64,000 bases of DNA from an uncultured delta proteobacterium (GCA_963724765.1 CAVRVY010000002.1:64001-128000); one strand, 5' to 3'. Counted from the stretch's first letter, positions 40,414 through 50,509 are shown. Program-made: numbers and translations. The notes: generated by a model not told the origin, from the letters alone.

Positions 40414-40428
40414 TGGCATGCGATGTGC
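40414..40428 (+). promoter_or_regulatory. Second sigma-54 promoter
   Basis: TGGCATG-CGAT-GTGC with GG-N10-GC spacing. Confidence 0.6.
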
Positions 40429-40528
40429 TGATGCGTTGTAGCCGGCTCGGGGCGTGATGAGGCCTTCTGCCTCGCCTGTTGTAAAGCCGAAGGTCCGTCG
40501 CAGAGCCGAAGAATGAAGGGAGGAACGG

Positions 40529-40807
40529 GTGAAATTCCTAAGAGGCCAGACTGCCCTCGCTTTGGGCTTGCAACACCCAATGGACGGTCTCGCATCCATC
40601 GGAGCAGACACGTGGGCCCTCCACCTCAGATCAGCTCGCCTCCAACAGGCCACCAACCCGGCTGCCCCGGTCCGCATTACACTGAAAACAAAGGTCTCGG
40701 CTCGACCGCCTGGGGGGCCATCATTTCGGGTTTCACAGCATCGTACGCAAGTTCGATGGAACCCGAGGGAGAGCGGGCCCTATCTAGAGGAAAGAATCGG
40801 TATCTGA
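40529..40807 (+). pseudogene. Degenerate pilin/TadE-like remnant
   Basis: GGAGG RBS; MKFLRGQTALALG: RGQT resembles a prepilin site and GQTALALG is identical to TadE residues 38-45; no hydrophobic helix. Confidence 0.45.
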
Positions 40808-40824
40808 ACTTGAATAAGAACGAT

Positions 40825-40853
40825 TTGACATGCTAAAACATAGACAGTATAAT
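40825..40853 (+). promoter_or_regulatory. Consensus sigma-70 promoter upstream of flp2
   Basis: TTGACA-17 nt-TATAAT exact match. Confidence 0.8.
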
Positions 40854-40978
40854 CCATGCGAAACTAGGGATAACAGAGACAAGAACAAGAGCCATAACGA
40901 CTTGTCTCGGAATCGATCCCCAAAGAACTAACGGGAATTCGAAATTTTCCTGCCAAAATTGTCACAAAGGGGCCCAAT

Positions 40979-41170
40979 ATGGGGTTTGTCTCAAAAAGTT
41001 ACATCCGCGCTCGTGAAAGCGTGCTCGCCTGCGGCCGCGGACAAACCATGACGGAATATGCCTTAATTCTCGCGGCGATCGCTGTAGTGGTCTACGGAGT
41101 TTACGCGGCGATGGGCAATAACATCGGCTCGTTAGCCAGCGGAGTTGATTCCAGCCTAACAAATGCTTGA
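40979..41170 (+). CDS. flp: Flp family type IVb pilin (copy 2)
   Basis: RG^QTMTEYALILAAIAVVVYG. Confidence 0.9.
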   Translation: MGFVSKSYIRARESVLACGRGQTMTEYALILAAIAVVVYGVYAAMGNNIGSLASGVDSSLTNA

Positions 41171-41324
41171 GTAGCTCGGACGGAGTGTTATGAGCAGTAT
41201 TAGCATCTTATGTTATGATATGACAGTTCGTTCGATGATATAAGTCGAGAGATCCGAAGAACGTTACACTTGGGGAGCCTATCCCCGCAAAGCAGCCTAG
41301 AAGGCGGCTAAAGCCAAGGAGACA

Positions 41325-41522
41325 ATGAAAATGGAAGCAGTGACGAAGATGTTCATCCGCGCACGCGAGTCCGTGGTTCGCAACACCCGTGGCCAGACCA
41401 TGACGGAATACGCGCTCATCCTGGCGGCCATCGCGGTCGTAGTTTACGGCACCTACCGTGCGCTGGGCAACAACATCGGTTCGCTCGCCAGTGGCGTCGA
41501 TTCCGCTCTGACCAACGCGTAA
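41325..41522 (+). CDS. flp: Flp family type IVb pilin (copy 3)
   Basis: AAGGAG RBS; RG^QTMTEYALILAAIAVVVYG. Confidence 0.93.
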   Translation: MKMEAVTKMFIRARESVVRNTRGQTMTEYALILAAIAVVVYGTYRALGNNIGSLASGVDSALTNA

Positions 41523-41561
41523 GCGGTTTCGCGATCAGTAGACGATTCGGCATTTAGTGTG

Positions 41562-41592
41562 CCGGCGGCGGGGCGCAAGCCCCCGCCGCCGG
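41562..41592 (+). terminator. Strong GNRA-loop hairpin after flp3
   Basis: CCGGCGGCGGGGC-GCAA-GCCCCCGCCGCCGG followed by tcgaattt. Confidence 0.6.
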
Positions 41593-42058
41593 TCGAATTT
41601 CCTCCGCAGGTTCGCGAACTGCCGGGGCTCGGGGTGGTCGGCACTGTGGGGGTTCAGCCAGGAACGCGAGAGCATCGAGTGCCGAGGATAGCGGTTAGAG
41701 TCGTGCTCGGTTATGGGAGGTGGGTGCAGGGGGGGTCAATAGTTGCGTCCGGTTGCGTTGGATAGTGCCGGTGGCCGAGGGCCGTGGTACTGTCGACGTA
41801 GTCAGGGAGCAGAGTCGTGACGTGATTGGACAAGGCTAGACCTCTCCGATGATTTAAACTGAAACGCTCTTGCTTCAGGCTGTTCAACGCCATACTTTGT
41901 GAAGCAAAGAGGGGTCATTCGCGCGGCATAGCTCCCGACGAATCTCTGACGAAGATATCGCCGATGAAGCCTTCGTCAGCGACTTTCAACGGTGCGGTTA
42001 CCTATGAAGCCAATACTCTCATTGCGGTCGCGCGAAGAGCCCACTACCCGGTGATGCT

Positions 42059-42571
42059 ATGCGACGGGGCGGAAGAGTTTCTTTCGACGGTCAGGCGATG
42101 GTGGAGTTCGCGCTGGTGCGATTCGTGGCGATGATCGTGTTGTTCGTTGCGATCCAGATGGCATTCATCGGACAGACTGCGCTCGCGCTCGGACAGCCGA
42201 ATTACCAGGCCACTCGCTACGCCGCAGTCAACCCGACTTACGATTGCGATCAGGTCAAGTCGTATATGCAGGCCAATGGCGCTCCCACGCTTGTCAAAAC
42301 CGTCACCGAAATCAGCGGCCGCGGCGGCTGTTCCCTGCCTCCGACCATGACAGTAGGTTCAGGACCAAGCATGGGCGTGTTCTGCTCCGTCGCTAATACC
42401 ACCACACAGGATTCCTGCGCGTCACGCAGTTTAGGTGGCTCGGTGCAAGTCTCGCTTGCCTTTGACATGACGAGCAGGATCTTCCTGTTCAGAAATACGA
42501 CGAATCCAAATTTTCTCGGCATTCCGTTTCCCACAATGCTCACCAGCATGGAGACAGCCATGAGCAAATAA
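42059..42571 (+). CDS. tadE: TadE-like pseudopilin
   Basis: G^QAMVEFALV, ATRYAAV; located before cpaB. Confidence 0.8.
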   Translation: MRRGGRVSFDGQAMVEFALVRFVAMIVLFVAIQMAFIGQTALALGQPNYQATRYAAVNPTYDCDQVKSYMQANGAPTLVKTVTEISGRGGCSLPPTMTVGSGPSMGVFCSVANTTTQDSCASRSLGGSVQVSLAFDMTSRIFLFRNTTNPNFLGIPFPTMLTSMETAMSK

Positions 42572-42652
42572 GGGCGCGACGCCCCGCGCCGAGCGGTTCG
42601 GAGAAACTTGCGGCCCTTGGGCGGGCCGCTTTCATCAGGGGGGAGGGGTCAG

Positions 42653-43768
42653 ATGAGACGATCGTTGTTGTTCATGATGCTGGCCGGCGTCGCCGCGCTG
42701 GTCGCCGCGCTGGTCGTCTACTCGGCGCTTAAGAAGCGCGAGCGGGAAGTCCAGGAGGCGATGGCGCAGTCGGTCAATATCGTGGTCGCCACACATGACT
42801 TGCATATCGGTACACAGCTTGATCCGACCGCAGTCAAACTAGCGCGATGGTCGCGCGACAGCATGCCACCTGGCGCCTTCACCGACATCGCGGCGGTGAC
42901 CGGCAAGTACGTCAAGACACCATTTGTGGAAAACGAACCAATTGTCGGTGATCGCCTCTTCTCGGGGGTCAAGACCGCCGGCATGTTGCCGCTGTTGATT
43001 CCGGCCGGGATGCGCGCGATGTCGGTGCCGGTCGACGAGGTCAGCGATATTGCCGGCTTCGTCCTGCCCGGCGCTCACGTGGACATCCTGGTCTCGATCT
43101 CTGACAAGGCCACCGGAGGTGACCCGTTCTCTAAAATCGTCCTGCAAAACGTCGAAGTGATCGCCGTTGCCCAGGAAATCGAAGAAGCGAAGGACGAACC
43201 CAAGGTGGTCAAAGTCGTCACCGTGCTGTTGACCCCTGAGGAGGCCGAACGACTCTCGCTGGCCAGCCACGACGGAAGCCTGCGTCTGGCGCTGCGCAAC
43301 TATGATGACAAGAAGATAGTAATGACCAATGGCTCCAACATCGCCTCGATGCTGCGGGGCGGCGCGGCGGCTCCGCTGATCGAGCATCAGGCGGCTGCAC
43401 CGGTGCCGCGCATCATCGCTCGGTCACGGCCCAAGGCGGTACAGGTCGAGATCATGCGCGATGGTAAGAGCAGTGAATCGGTTTCTTTCGTCCACGGCCA
43501 GGGCGCGCGCAACACTGAAGGCCTGAACCAGGAGAATGTCGGCTCGGCTGGCGCGAGCTTCGAGATGGCGGGAATCGAAAATTTGACGCCTGCCCCTGTG
43601 ACGGCGCCGGCTGCCTCGGCGCCGCCGGCTGGGCGTGTTGCTTCGATGGCCACTAACGGTGGTCATGGGGTTCGCGCGGAAGCGTCGAGCGGGGTGGGTT
43701 TCTCGGGGGCTCCGGAGGCTAATCCGTTTTTCTCCGGACCGAACTCAAAGACTATCGACGTGCCGTAA
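42653..43768 (+). CDS. cpaB: Flp pilus assembly protein CpaB/RcpC
   Basis: N-terminal TM, SAF domain (VVATHDL), GMRAMSVPV, GFVLPGAHVDI, LQNVEVIAV, LRLALRN. Confidence 0.92.
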   Translation: MRRSLLFMMLAGVAALVAALVVYSALKKREREVQEAMAQSVNIVVATHDLHIGTQLDPTAVKLARWSRDSMPPGAFTDIAAVTGKYVKTPFVENEPIVGDRLFSGVKTAGMLPLLIPAGMRAMSVPVDEVSDIAGFVLPGAHVDILVSISDKATGGDPFSKIVLQNVEVIAVAQEIEEAKDEPKVVKVVTVLLTPEEAERLSLASHDGSLRLALRNYDDKKIVMTNGSNIASMLRGGAAAPLIEHQAAAPVPRIIARSRPKAVQVEIMRDGKSSESVSFVHGQGARNTEGLNQENVGSAGASFEMAGIENLTPAPVTAPAASAPPAGRVASMATNGGHGVRAEASSGVGFSGAPEANPFFSGPNSKTIDVP

Positions 43769-45879
43769 TGGGGGGGAATGGGACGATGGTCGAAGCGATA
43801 AGAAAAAAAATGCGCCGCGGCCGCAAACTGACGGCCGTGACCGTGGGAGCGTTTGGACTTTTAATATTGGCGAGGCTTCAGGTTGTGGCCTCGGAAACTC
43901 GCACTGTTCCGGTGACGATTAGCACCGGCGAGGCCTATACCATCCAGAACGTAAGCCTGGATTCGACGCCCGGCGTTAAAGTGGTTTCGAATCCGAGCGC
44001 GCTCGTGGTGCATACCGATGCTCCAGGAAAGATCGTGCTGCAGGGCGCCGCGGCTGGCAGTTGGGACATAAATGTCACTCTGGCCAGCGGCGAGAATGTC
44101 ACCTACGCGGTCGATGTGACGCCGGGTGGGAGCGCCAAGGGACCCGTGGCCTCGGCCACGAGCCCTTCCGGCGATCCTGCACCAGCCAGCGCGACGGTGT
44201 CGGCTACGGCGGCGTCCAAACCGGCCGATGCCGGCAGTGGTCCGGTTGATGAGGCTGCCGCCGCCTCTGTTGGCGCCGCAGCCGCCAGTGCCCCGTCCGC
44301 TCCGGCGATTGCGGCTGTGCCCGCATCGTCGGTTCCGGCTGCCGAACCTGTGAGGGTAGCCTCGGCGGACCCGGCAGGTCCGGTCGGTCCGGCAGGTCCG
44401 GTCGGTCCGGCAGGTCCGGTCGGTCCGGTCGGTCCGGCAACTGCGTCCGCGCCGCCGCCTGCCGTTCTTCCACTGGTGACTGCGCCGGCAGTGGCTGCGG
44501 CTCCCGCGGCCGCGCCATCGAAGGTATTGGCGCAGGAGTCAACTCCTGAGTCGTCGACGTCGATACCAAACTCGATGACGCCGGTTGTCGCTCCCAACTC
44601 ACCCACCGGCGACAACGGGATGTTGCCGTCACAGCCTGCCGCGGCTGGGGCGCTGCCGCCCACGCAGAGCTTCAATACCGATCCGATGGCGGTCATCCCG
44701 TCCGGGCCGCCGCCGCTTGGCGAGAAACATTTCATGCCGGGCGATGGCGTCGACCTGATGACCAGTACTTCTGAGGTTCTCGATTATCCTACTCGCATCC
44801 GGCGAGTCTCGATCGCGGATAGCAAGGTCGCCGATATACAGGTGATAAATCCGTACGAGCTCAACCTGGTGGCCCATCAGCCGGGCTTTACCACACTGGC
44901 CGTGTGGGACACGCAAGGACGCTACTCGGAACGGGAGATCAGAGTCGACGAGAGCGGCAAGCAGCAGGTGCTGCTCAACGTAATCGTGGCTGAACTCGAC
45001 CGCTCAAGGATGGAGAACCAAGGCATCAACTGGTCGGTGGCTCTGCCGAAATGGAACATTTCGCTGGTTAATATGGCCGGCGGCGTGGCCACGCCTTACA
45101 ATGCAACGTCCGCTCTGACCGCCAGCACTATCGTTCAATCGAATCCTCCGGTGACGTCGTCCACCACTGCGGCAGGCACCTTGCCCGCCAACGGCACTCT
45201 CATTCCGTTGCTGTTGTCCCAGAATCTGACGTACGGCTTGGCCGCGGGCAACAACAATATTCAGACCCAGAGTTTCTTCCAGTTCTTGGAAGAAAACAGT
45301 ATGGGTAAGATATTGGCCGAGCCGCATCTGCTGGCCAATTCAGGCGAGAAGGCCGAATTTCTCTCTGGTGGCGAGATCCCGATCGTGATTTCGCAGGCAT
45401 TAAATACTTCGATCACCTTTAAACAGTTCGGCACCTCGGTTATCTTTGTTCCGACTGTTATTGGTTTCGACGATATCTTGTTGAAAGTGAAGCCCGAGGT
45501 CTCGGAACCCAACTTCGCTGAAGGCGTGAATCTGTTTGGGTTCACCGTGCCAGCCTTCGTAACGCGAAAGGCCGAGACGGTGGTGCGCCTGAAGAACAAT
45601 CAGACATTGATTGTAGCCGGCCTCCTGCTCAACACCAAGAATGAGACGGTGGCCAAGGTGCCTTACCTGGGCGACATTCCGTACGTGCGTGGACTGTTTC
45701 GCAACACCAGCTATACCAATACGCAAACTGATCTCGTGATGACTGTGACGCCGCAGATCGTGGCGCCGCTGCCGTCCAATGGCCGGGTCGCGCTGCCGAC
45801 CGATCGCGGACCGATGAGTTACAGCGAAATCAAGACCAGGAGGGTTGATCCCGAAGACGCCGGACGTCCCCGCTTCTAA
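43768..45879 (+). CDS. cpaC: Tad secretin CpaC/RcpA with long Pro/Ala linker
   Basis: RVSIADSKVAD, QVLLNV, LAEPHLLANSGEKAEFLSGGEIP, KVPYLGDIP, TPQIV. Confidence 0.9.
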   Translation: MGGNGTMVEAIRKKMRRGRKLTAVTVGAFGLLILARLQVVASETRTVPVTISTGEAYTIQNVSLDSTPGVKVVSNPSALVVHTDAPGKIVLQGAAAGSWDINVTLASGENVTYAVDVTPGGSAKGPVASATSPSGDPAPASATVSATAASKPADAGSGPVDEAAAASVGAAAASAPSAPAIAAVPASSVPAAEPVRVASADPAGPVGPAGPVGPAGPVGPVGPATASAPPPAVLPLVTAPAVAAAPAAAPSKVLAQESTPESSTSIPNSMTPVVAPNSPTGDNGMLPSQPAAAGALPPTQSFNTDPMAVIPSGPPPLGEKHFMPGDGVDLMTSTSEVLDYPTRIRRVSIADSKVADIQVINPYELNLVAHQPGFTTLAVWDTQGRYSEREIRVDESGKQQVLLNVIVAELDRSRMENQGINWSVALPKWNISLVNMAGGVATPYNATSALTASTIVQSNPPVTSSTTAAGTLPANGTLIPLLLSQNLTYGLAAGNNNIQTQSFFQFLEENSMGKILAEPHLLANSGEKAEFLSGGEIPIVISQALNTSITFKQFGTSVIFVPTVIGFDDILLKVKPEVSEPNFAEGVNLFGFTVPAFVTRKAETVVRLKNNQTLIVAGLLLNTKNETVAKVPYLGDIPYVRGLFRNTSYTNTQTDLVMTVTPQIVAPLPSNGRVALPTDRGPMSYSEIKTRRVDPEDAGRPRF
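44371..44439 (+). repeat. In-frame tandem repeat, 18 bp (CCGGCAGGTCCGGTCGGT) x3 plus partial copies
   Basis: Encodes PAGPVG repeats inside the cpaC linker. Confidence 0.9.
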
Positions 45880-45912
45880 CGACGGGGTACGCGTGCGGCC
45901 GGAAAGAATCCT

Positions 45913-47139
45913 GTGGCAGTGCTAGGCAGAAAGAGTGACGGGCGGAAAGGTGCGCTCAGGGTTCTACTGGTCGGAGAAGACGAGGGGCGGCGTACCGAGA
46001 TCAAAGCTGCGCTCGAGAATCTCGGCGATCCGCCCCTCGAGATTGTTGCGGTAACGCCGCAGATCGGCGCCCAGGAGAGCAGCAATGGAGTGGCGTCGCC
46101 TGACGTCACGATGGTGGTGTTCAACGGCAACGAAGAAGCGTCGCTGGATTACCTCCAGAAGCAGGCTGAACGCTCGCCTCGCCCCGCCCTGTTTGCGTTG
46201 GTGCGCGAGCGTTCACCGGGACTGATGCGGCAAATCCTGCGCGCCGGAGCCGACGAACTGCTGTTCCTGCCGCTTGATCCCGGCGATGCCACGCGCGCCC
46301 TGCTCAAGGTCAGCGAATCGCATCGGCGCGAGGAGAAAGAGCAGGGCGGCGTCATCTGCTCAGTAGTCAGCACGGTAGGCGGGGTCGGGGTCTCGAGTCT
46401 CGCCGCCAACCTCGCCTTGGCGCTGCGCTACACGTTGAGCAAGCGGGTGGCGCTGGTCGATCTCGATCTGCAGTCGGGCGGTCTCGCGGTGGCGCTCAAC
46501 CTGGAGCCCGAGCGCACTATCATGGCGCTGGCCGAGCAGGACAAGAAGCTCGACTCCATTCAGCTCGAATCAGCGCTGAGCAAGCATCCTTCCGGGATCT
46601 ATCTGCTCGCTGCGCCAAAGCGCATCGAGGACAGCGAACTGGTCTCGGACGTCACCTTGGGCGCGGCGCTGGACCTGATGCGGCGGCTGTTCGACTTCGT
46701 GGTGGTCGATTGCGGCGGCTACATCAATGAAAACGTGGTGGCGGTGTGGGAGCGTTCGGATCATCTGTTTTACGTGCTCGACCAGTCGATTGGGGCGGCG
46801 CGGTGTTGCTGGCGGTTTATCGAACTGTTCGGACGCCTGGGGCTCAGTGGCGTGCAACCGCACTTCATTCTGAGCCGTTATGTATCGCATCACCCCATTA
46901 GCGAGGAGCAAATCGTCAACACTTTGGGCCGGCCGATTTACGCCAAGATCCCGCGCGACGAAAAAGCACTCGAGAAGGTACAGCTACTGGCCAAGGATCT
47001 GTGGCAGTGCGCGGGAAACTCGGCCCTGACCCGGGCCTACGAGGACCTTGCCCGCCGGCTGGGAGCCGGTAACGAGGAGTCCGAGGAGGCGCCGGGGCTG
47101 ATGTCGCGCTTGCGCGGAGTGTTCGGCAATCGCTCCTGA
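45913..47139 (+). CDS. cpaE: CpaE/TadZ (pseudo-receiver plus MinD-like ATPase)
   Basis: GGVGVSSLAANLA, LVDLDLQSG, FDFVVVD. Confidence 0.88.
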   Translation: MAVLGRKSDGRKGALRVLLVGEDEGRRTEIKAALENLGDPPLEIVAVTPQIGAQESSNGVASPDVTMVVFNGNEEASLDYLQKQAERSPRPALFALVRERSPGLMRQILRAGADELLFLPLDPGDATRALLKVSESHRREEKEQGGVICSVVSTVGGVGVSSLAANLALALRYTLSKRVALVDLDLQSGGLAVALNLEPERTIMALAEQDKKLDSIQLESALSKHPSGIYLLAAPKRIEDSELVSDVTLGAALDLMRRLFDFVVVDCGGYINENVVAVWERSDHLFYVLDQSIGAARCCWRFIELFGRLGLSGVQPHFILSRYVSHHPISEEQIVNTLGRPIYAKIPRDEKALEKVQLLAKDLWQCAGNSALTRAYEDLARRLGAGNEESEEAPGLMSRLRGVFGNRS

Positions 47140-47153
47140 AGGTTGGTTAATCT

Positions 47154-48500
47154 ATGAAACTGGTCGAACGGATATCCCAGAAAGAAGGCACCACGCCTCA
47201 GCAGCAACAGCGCTCGATGATTGGCGGGCAGAATGCCAAGCGCGAGCGCAGCGCGATGGCCGATGGCTTCCAGCAGCTCAAGCTCGCGGTGCACAATCGG
47301 TTGTTCGAGACCCTAGACGTCTCGCGCCTGGAGAGTCTGGAGGCCAACATGGCCTCGCAGAAGGTTACCACCGCGATAAGCGAGATCCTGGACGAAGAGG
47401 GCCGGCTACTCACCGACGCCGACCGTGCGCGGTTGATCGAAGAGATCAAAAACGAGCTGCTCGGCCTGGGCCCGCTGGAGCCCCTGCTGTGGGACGACGA
47501 GATAACCGACATCCTGGTCAACGGGCCCTCGCAGGTCTATGTCGAGCGCGGCGGCAAGCTCTACCTGACCGATGTGAGCTTCCAGGACGATCAGCATTTG
47601 ATGCTGATCATCGACCGCATCGTCTCGCAGGTCGGCCGGCGGGTCGACGAAGCCTCGCCGATGGTCGACGCGCGTCTGCCCGACGGCTCGCGTATCAACG
47701 CGATCATTCCGCCGCTGGCGCTTGATGGTCCCGCGCTCTCGATCCGGCGTTTCGGCAAGCGGCGCTACTCGGTCGACGACCTGGTCGCCAAAGACAGCAT
47801 CACACCCGACATGGTCGAGTTCATACGCGCGATCATCCGCGCCCGCCTCAACGTGCTGGTCTGCGGCGGTACCGGCTCGGGGAAGACCACCATGCTCAAC
47901 TGTATCTCGGCCTTCATTCCGGTCGACGAGCGCGTGGTGACGATCGAAGACTCGGCCGAATTGGTGTTGCAGCAGCCGCACGTGGTGCGGCTGGAGACAC
48001 GCCCGCCCAACGTCGAAGGCAAGGGCGAAGTCACCGCGCGCGAGCTGGTGCGCAACACGCTGCGTATGCGGCCCGACCGAATCATCGTCGGTGAGGTCCG
48101 CGGCAGCGAAGTCTTCGACATGTTGCAGGCTATGTCGACTGGCCACGACGGCTCGCTCTGTACCATCCACGCCAACACTCCGCGCGACAGCATGGGCCGG
48201 CTCGAGATGATGATGCTGCTGGCGGGCTGGTCGATTCCGCAGCGCGCGATGCGTCAGCAGATTGCCTCGGCGCTCAACGTCATCGTGCACGTCTCGCGCC
48301 TGTCCGACGGCACACGCAAAGTGATGAGAATTTCCGAGCTGGTGGGGATGGAAGGCGACATGATCATGATGCAGGACCTCTACGAATTCCATCGCACCGG
48401 GGTCAACGCGCAGGGCAAGGTGCTCGGGCAATATCGCAAAACTGGCATCCGTTCGGCTTATAAAGAACGCATCGAAGCCTACGGTTACAACATGGATTGA
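47154..48500 (+). CDS. cpaF: Tad pilus assembly ATPase CpaF/TadA
   Basis: [47 protein letters not shown]. Confidence 0.96.
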   Translation: MKLVERISQKEGTTPQQQQRSMIGGQNAKRERSAMADGFQQLKLAVHNRLFETLDVSRLESLEANMASQKVTTAISEILDEEGRLLTDADRARLIEEIKNELLGLGPLEPLLWDDEITDILVNGPSQVYVERGGKLYLTDVSFQDDQHLMLIIDRIVSQVGRRVDEASPMVDARLPDGSRINAIIPPLALDGPALSIRRFGKRRYSVDDLVAKDSITPDMVEFIRAIIRARLNVLVCGGTGSGKTTMLNCISAFIPVDERVVTIEDSAELVLQQPHVVRLETRPPNVEGKGEVTARELVRNTLRMRPDRIIVGEVRGSEVFDMLQAMSTGHDGSLCTIHANTPRDSMGRLEMMMLLAGWSIPQRAMRQQIASALNVIVHVSRLSDGTRKVMRISELVGMEGDMIMMQDLYEFHRTGVNAQGKVLGQYRKTGIRSAYKERIEAYGYNMD

Positions 48501-49468
48501 TGATCCCCGGGGGGACGATGACTGCAATAGCCGCAACCGCTGTCTTTGCGTTCGTGTTCATCCTGCTGCTGGTCGGGCTGACCTACTTCACCCAGTCGGC
48601 CGAGCAGAATCGCCAGGTGCTGCGGCGCATGAGCCGCCCGATGGGCGACGTCGAAGACATCGACATCACGCGCAAGCGCAAGCCTACCGAACATTCGGTC
48701 TTCAGCGCGTTGACTGAATTCAACCTGCTGCGCTCGCTCGAAGAATTGATGTGGCAGGCGGGACTGTACATGCGGGTCTCCGAGATGGTGCTCATCATGG
48801 TGCTGCTGTTCGCCGCCGGCGCGCTGCTCGGGGAACTGTTCTGGAAGGGCACGTTCTTCGCGGCCGCCACCGGCCTCGCGCTCGGCGTGCTGCCGATCAT
48901 GTATATCCGCTTCCGCCGCACGCGGCGTATCAGGGCCTTCGTTGCTCAGCTGCCGTTTGCGCTGGACCTGATGAAATCGTCGCTCGAGGCCGGCCATTCG
49001 CTCAACCGCGGACTGCAGGTCGTGGTGCAGGAGTTTGCCGACCCGCTGGGCGGCGAATTTCGCACCGTGCTCGAGCAGACCCGAATCGGCTTGCCGCTGC
49101 CGCGGGCGCTCGAAGACATGCTCAAGCGCGTGCCCGAGGAGGACCTTCGACTGCTGGTGGTCGCGGTCAAAGTACAGTCCGAAGTCGGCAGCAGCCTGGC
49201 ATTGATCGTGGGCCGGCTGGCCGAAATCGTGCGTACCCGCCAGCGGCTGCGTCTGCAGATCAACGCGCTGACGGCGCAGTCTCGCATGGGCGGCATGATC
49301 GTTGGGGCGTTGCCAATAGTCGTGCTTGGCCTGTTCAGCCTCCTCAACCGCGATTACGCCAACGAGCTGTTTTTCGACCCGACGGGTATCAAGATTCTTA
49401 AGATAGCGGCCGGCCTCGATGTCTGCGCCTTCATCACCATTCGCCGTCTGCTGCGGATGGATTTCTGA
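48500..49468 (+). CDS. tadB: TadB inner-membrane platform protein
   Basis: QLPFALDL...SLEAGHSL; T2SS F domain; gene order. Confidence 0.9.
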   Translation: MIPGGTMTAIAATAVFAFVFILLLVGLTYFTQSAEQNRQVLRRMSRPMGDVEDIDITRKRKPTEHSVFSALTEFNLLRSLEELMWQAGLYMRVSEMVLIMVLLFAAGALLGELFWKGTFFAAATGLALGVLPIMYIRFRRTRRIRAFVAQLPFALDLMKSSLEAGHSLNRGLQVVVQEFADPLGGEFRTVLEQTRIGLPLPRALEDMLKRVPEEDLRLLVVAVKVQSEVGSSLALIVGRLAEIVRTRQRLRLQINALTAQSRMGGMIVGALPIVVLGLFSLLNRDYANELFFDPTGIKILKIAAGLDVCAFITIRRLLRMDF

Positions 49469-49494
49469 AAGCTTTGGCGGCGTAGGATATTTAT

Positions 49495-50430
49495 ATGACC
49501 CCACTGTTGGTGAGTATCATCGTTCTCTGCATGGCGGGCGTGATTGGAACCGCAATTTATCACGCGCTCTACGGCAGCCATCGCGCACTCGAGGAGCGCT
49601 TCGCCGACCTCGCGCTCAAGGTTCGCGCCTCACAGGGCGTCTTCGAGGACAGCGAGGAAGAGCTCCGCGGGTTTTCACGGCTTTTCCTGCAATGGGCGGC
49701 CAAACGCGTGCCTGTCCCGAAGCCCGACACCCCAGAGGGTGAGAAGTTGGCCCGCACACTGATCCAGGCCGGCTATCTGAAATCCACCATGCCGCAGATT
49801 TTTCAGGTCTTCCGGTTTGGAATGGGCCTGCTCGGCGTCCTGCTCGGCGTGTTGATCGGGTTTGTGCTTGGTAACTCCGGTTCAATGATGCTCTTCGGAA
49901 TCGCCGGCTTCGGTATCGGGATTTTCGTGCCGAGCTATTACGTAGGCCGGCGCGCCCGCAAACGCCAAAACGCGATCGCGCGGCAGCTTTCAGATGTGCT
50001 CGACCTGTTGGTCGTTTGCGTCGAGGCAGGCTTGGGTCTGTTCGAGGCGATCAAGATCGTCGGTACCGAGAGCGAGCGGCAGAAGCAGGAGATCGGACGC
50101 GAATTGGCGCTGGTGACCTCTGAAATTTCGGCCGGCGCCACCTTGGGGCAGGCGCTGCGCAACCTGGCCGAGCGCACGGCGGTCGAGGATATAAAGCCGC
50201 TCGCTGCGACCCTGATCCAGAGCGAACAGCTCGGCGCGCAGATTGCGCCGGCGCTCCACGCCAGCTCCGATGCGCTGCGCACGCGCCGTCGGCTGCGCGC
50301 GGAAGAAGCTGCACAGCGGACGACGATCAAGATTCTGTTTCCGTTGGTGCTGTTCGTGCTGCCCGCGATGTTGCTGGTGATCGTCGGCCCCGCAATCATC
50401 CAGATTCTGCACACGCTGGCTGGTAGCTGA
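49495..50430 (+). CDS. tadC: TadC inner-membrane platform protein
   Basis: LDLLVVCVEAGLG, LIQSEQLG, RAEEAA, KILFPLVLFVLP. Confidence 0.92.
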   Translation: MTPLLVSIIVLCMAGVIGTAIYHALYGSHRALEERFADLALKVRASQGVFEDSEEELRGFSRLFLQWAAKRVPVPKPDTPEGEKLARTLIQAGYLKSTMPQIFQVFRFGMGLLGVLLGVLIGFVLGNSGSMMLFGIAGFGIGIFVPSYYVGRRARKRQNAIARQLSDVLDLLVVCVEAGLGLFEAIKIVGTESERQKQEIGRELALVTSEISAGATLGQALRNLAERTAVEDIKPLAATLIQSEQLGAQIAPALHASSDALRTRRRLRAEEAAQRTTIKILFPLVLFVLPAMLLVIVGPAIIQILHTLAGS

Positions 50431-50465
50431 ACAGCCGACCGGTAGCGCGCCGCTTAGGTTTGAGA

Positions 50466-50509
50466 CTGCGGGCCGTGCGTCCCTTGGGGATGCACGGCCC
50501 GCAGCCTTT
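50466..50509 (+). terminator. Hairpin terminator after tadC
   Basis: 18-bp stem CTGCGGGCCGTGCGTCCC/GGGATGCACGGCCCGCAG followed by CCTTT. Confidence 0.7.

Noticed and set aside
40520-40545. FMN riboswitch suggested by GGGTGAAATTCC
   Set aside because: The other conserved FMN segments are absent; the sequence is better explained as an RBS plus GTG start.
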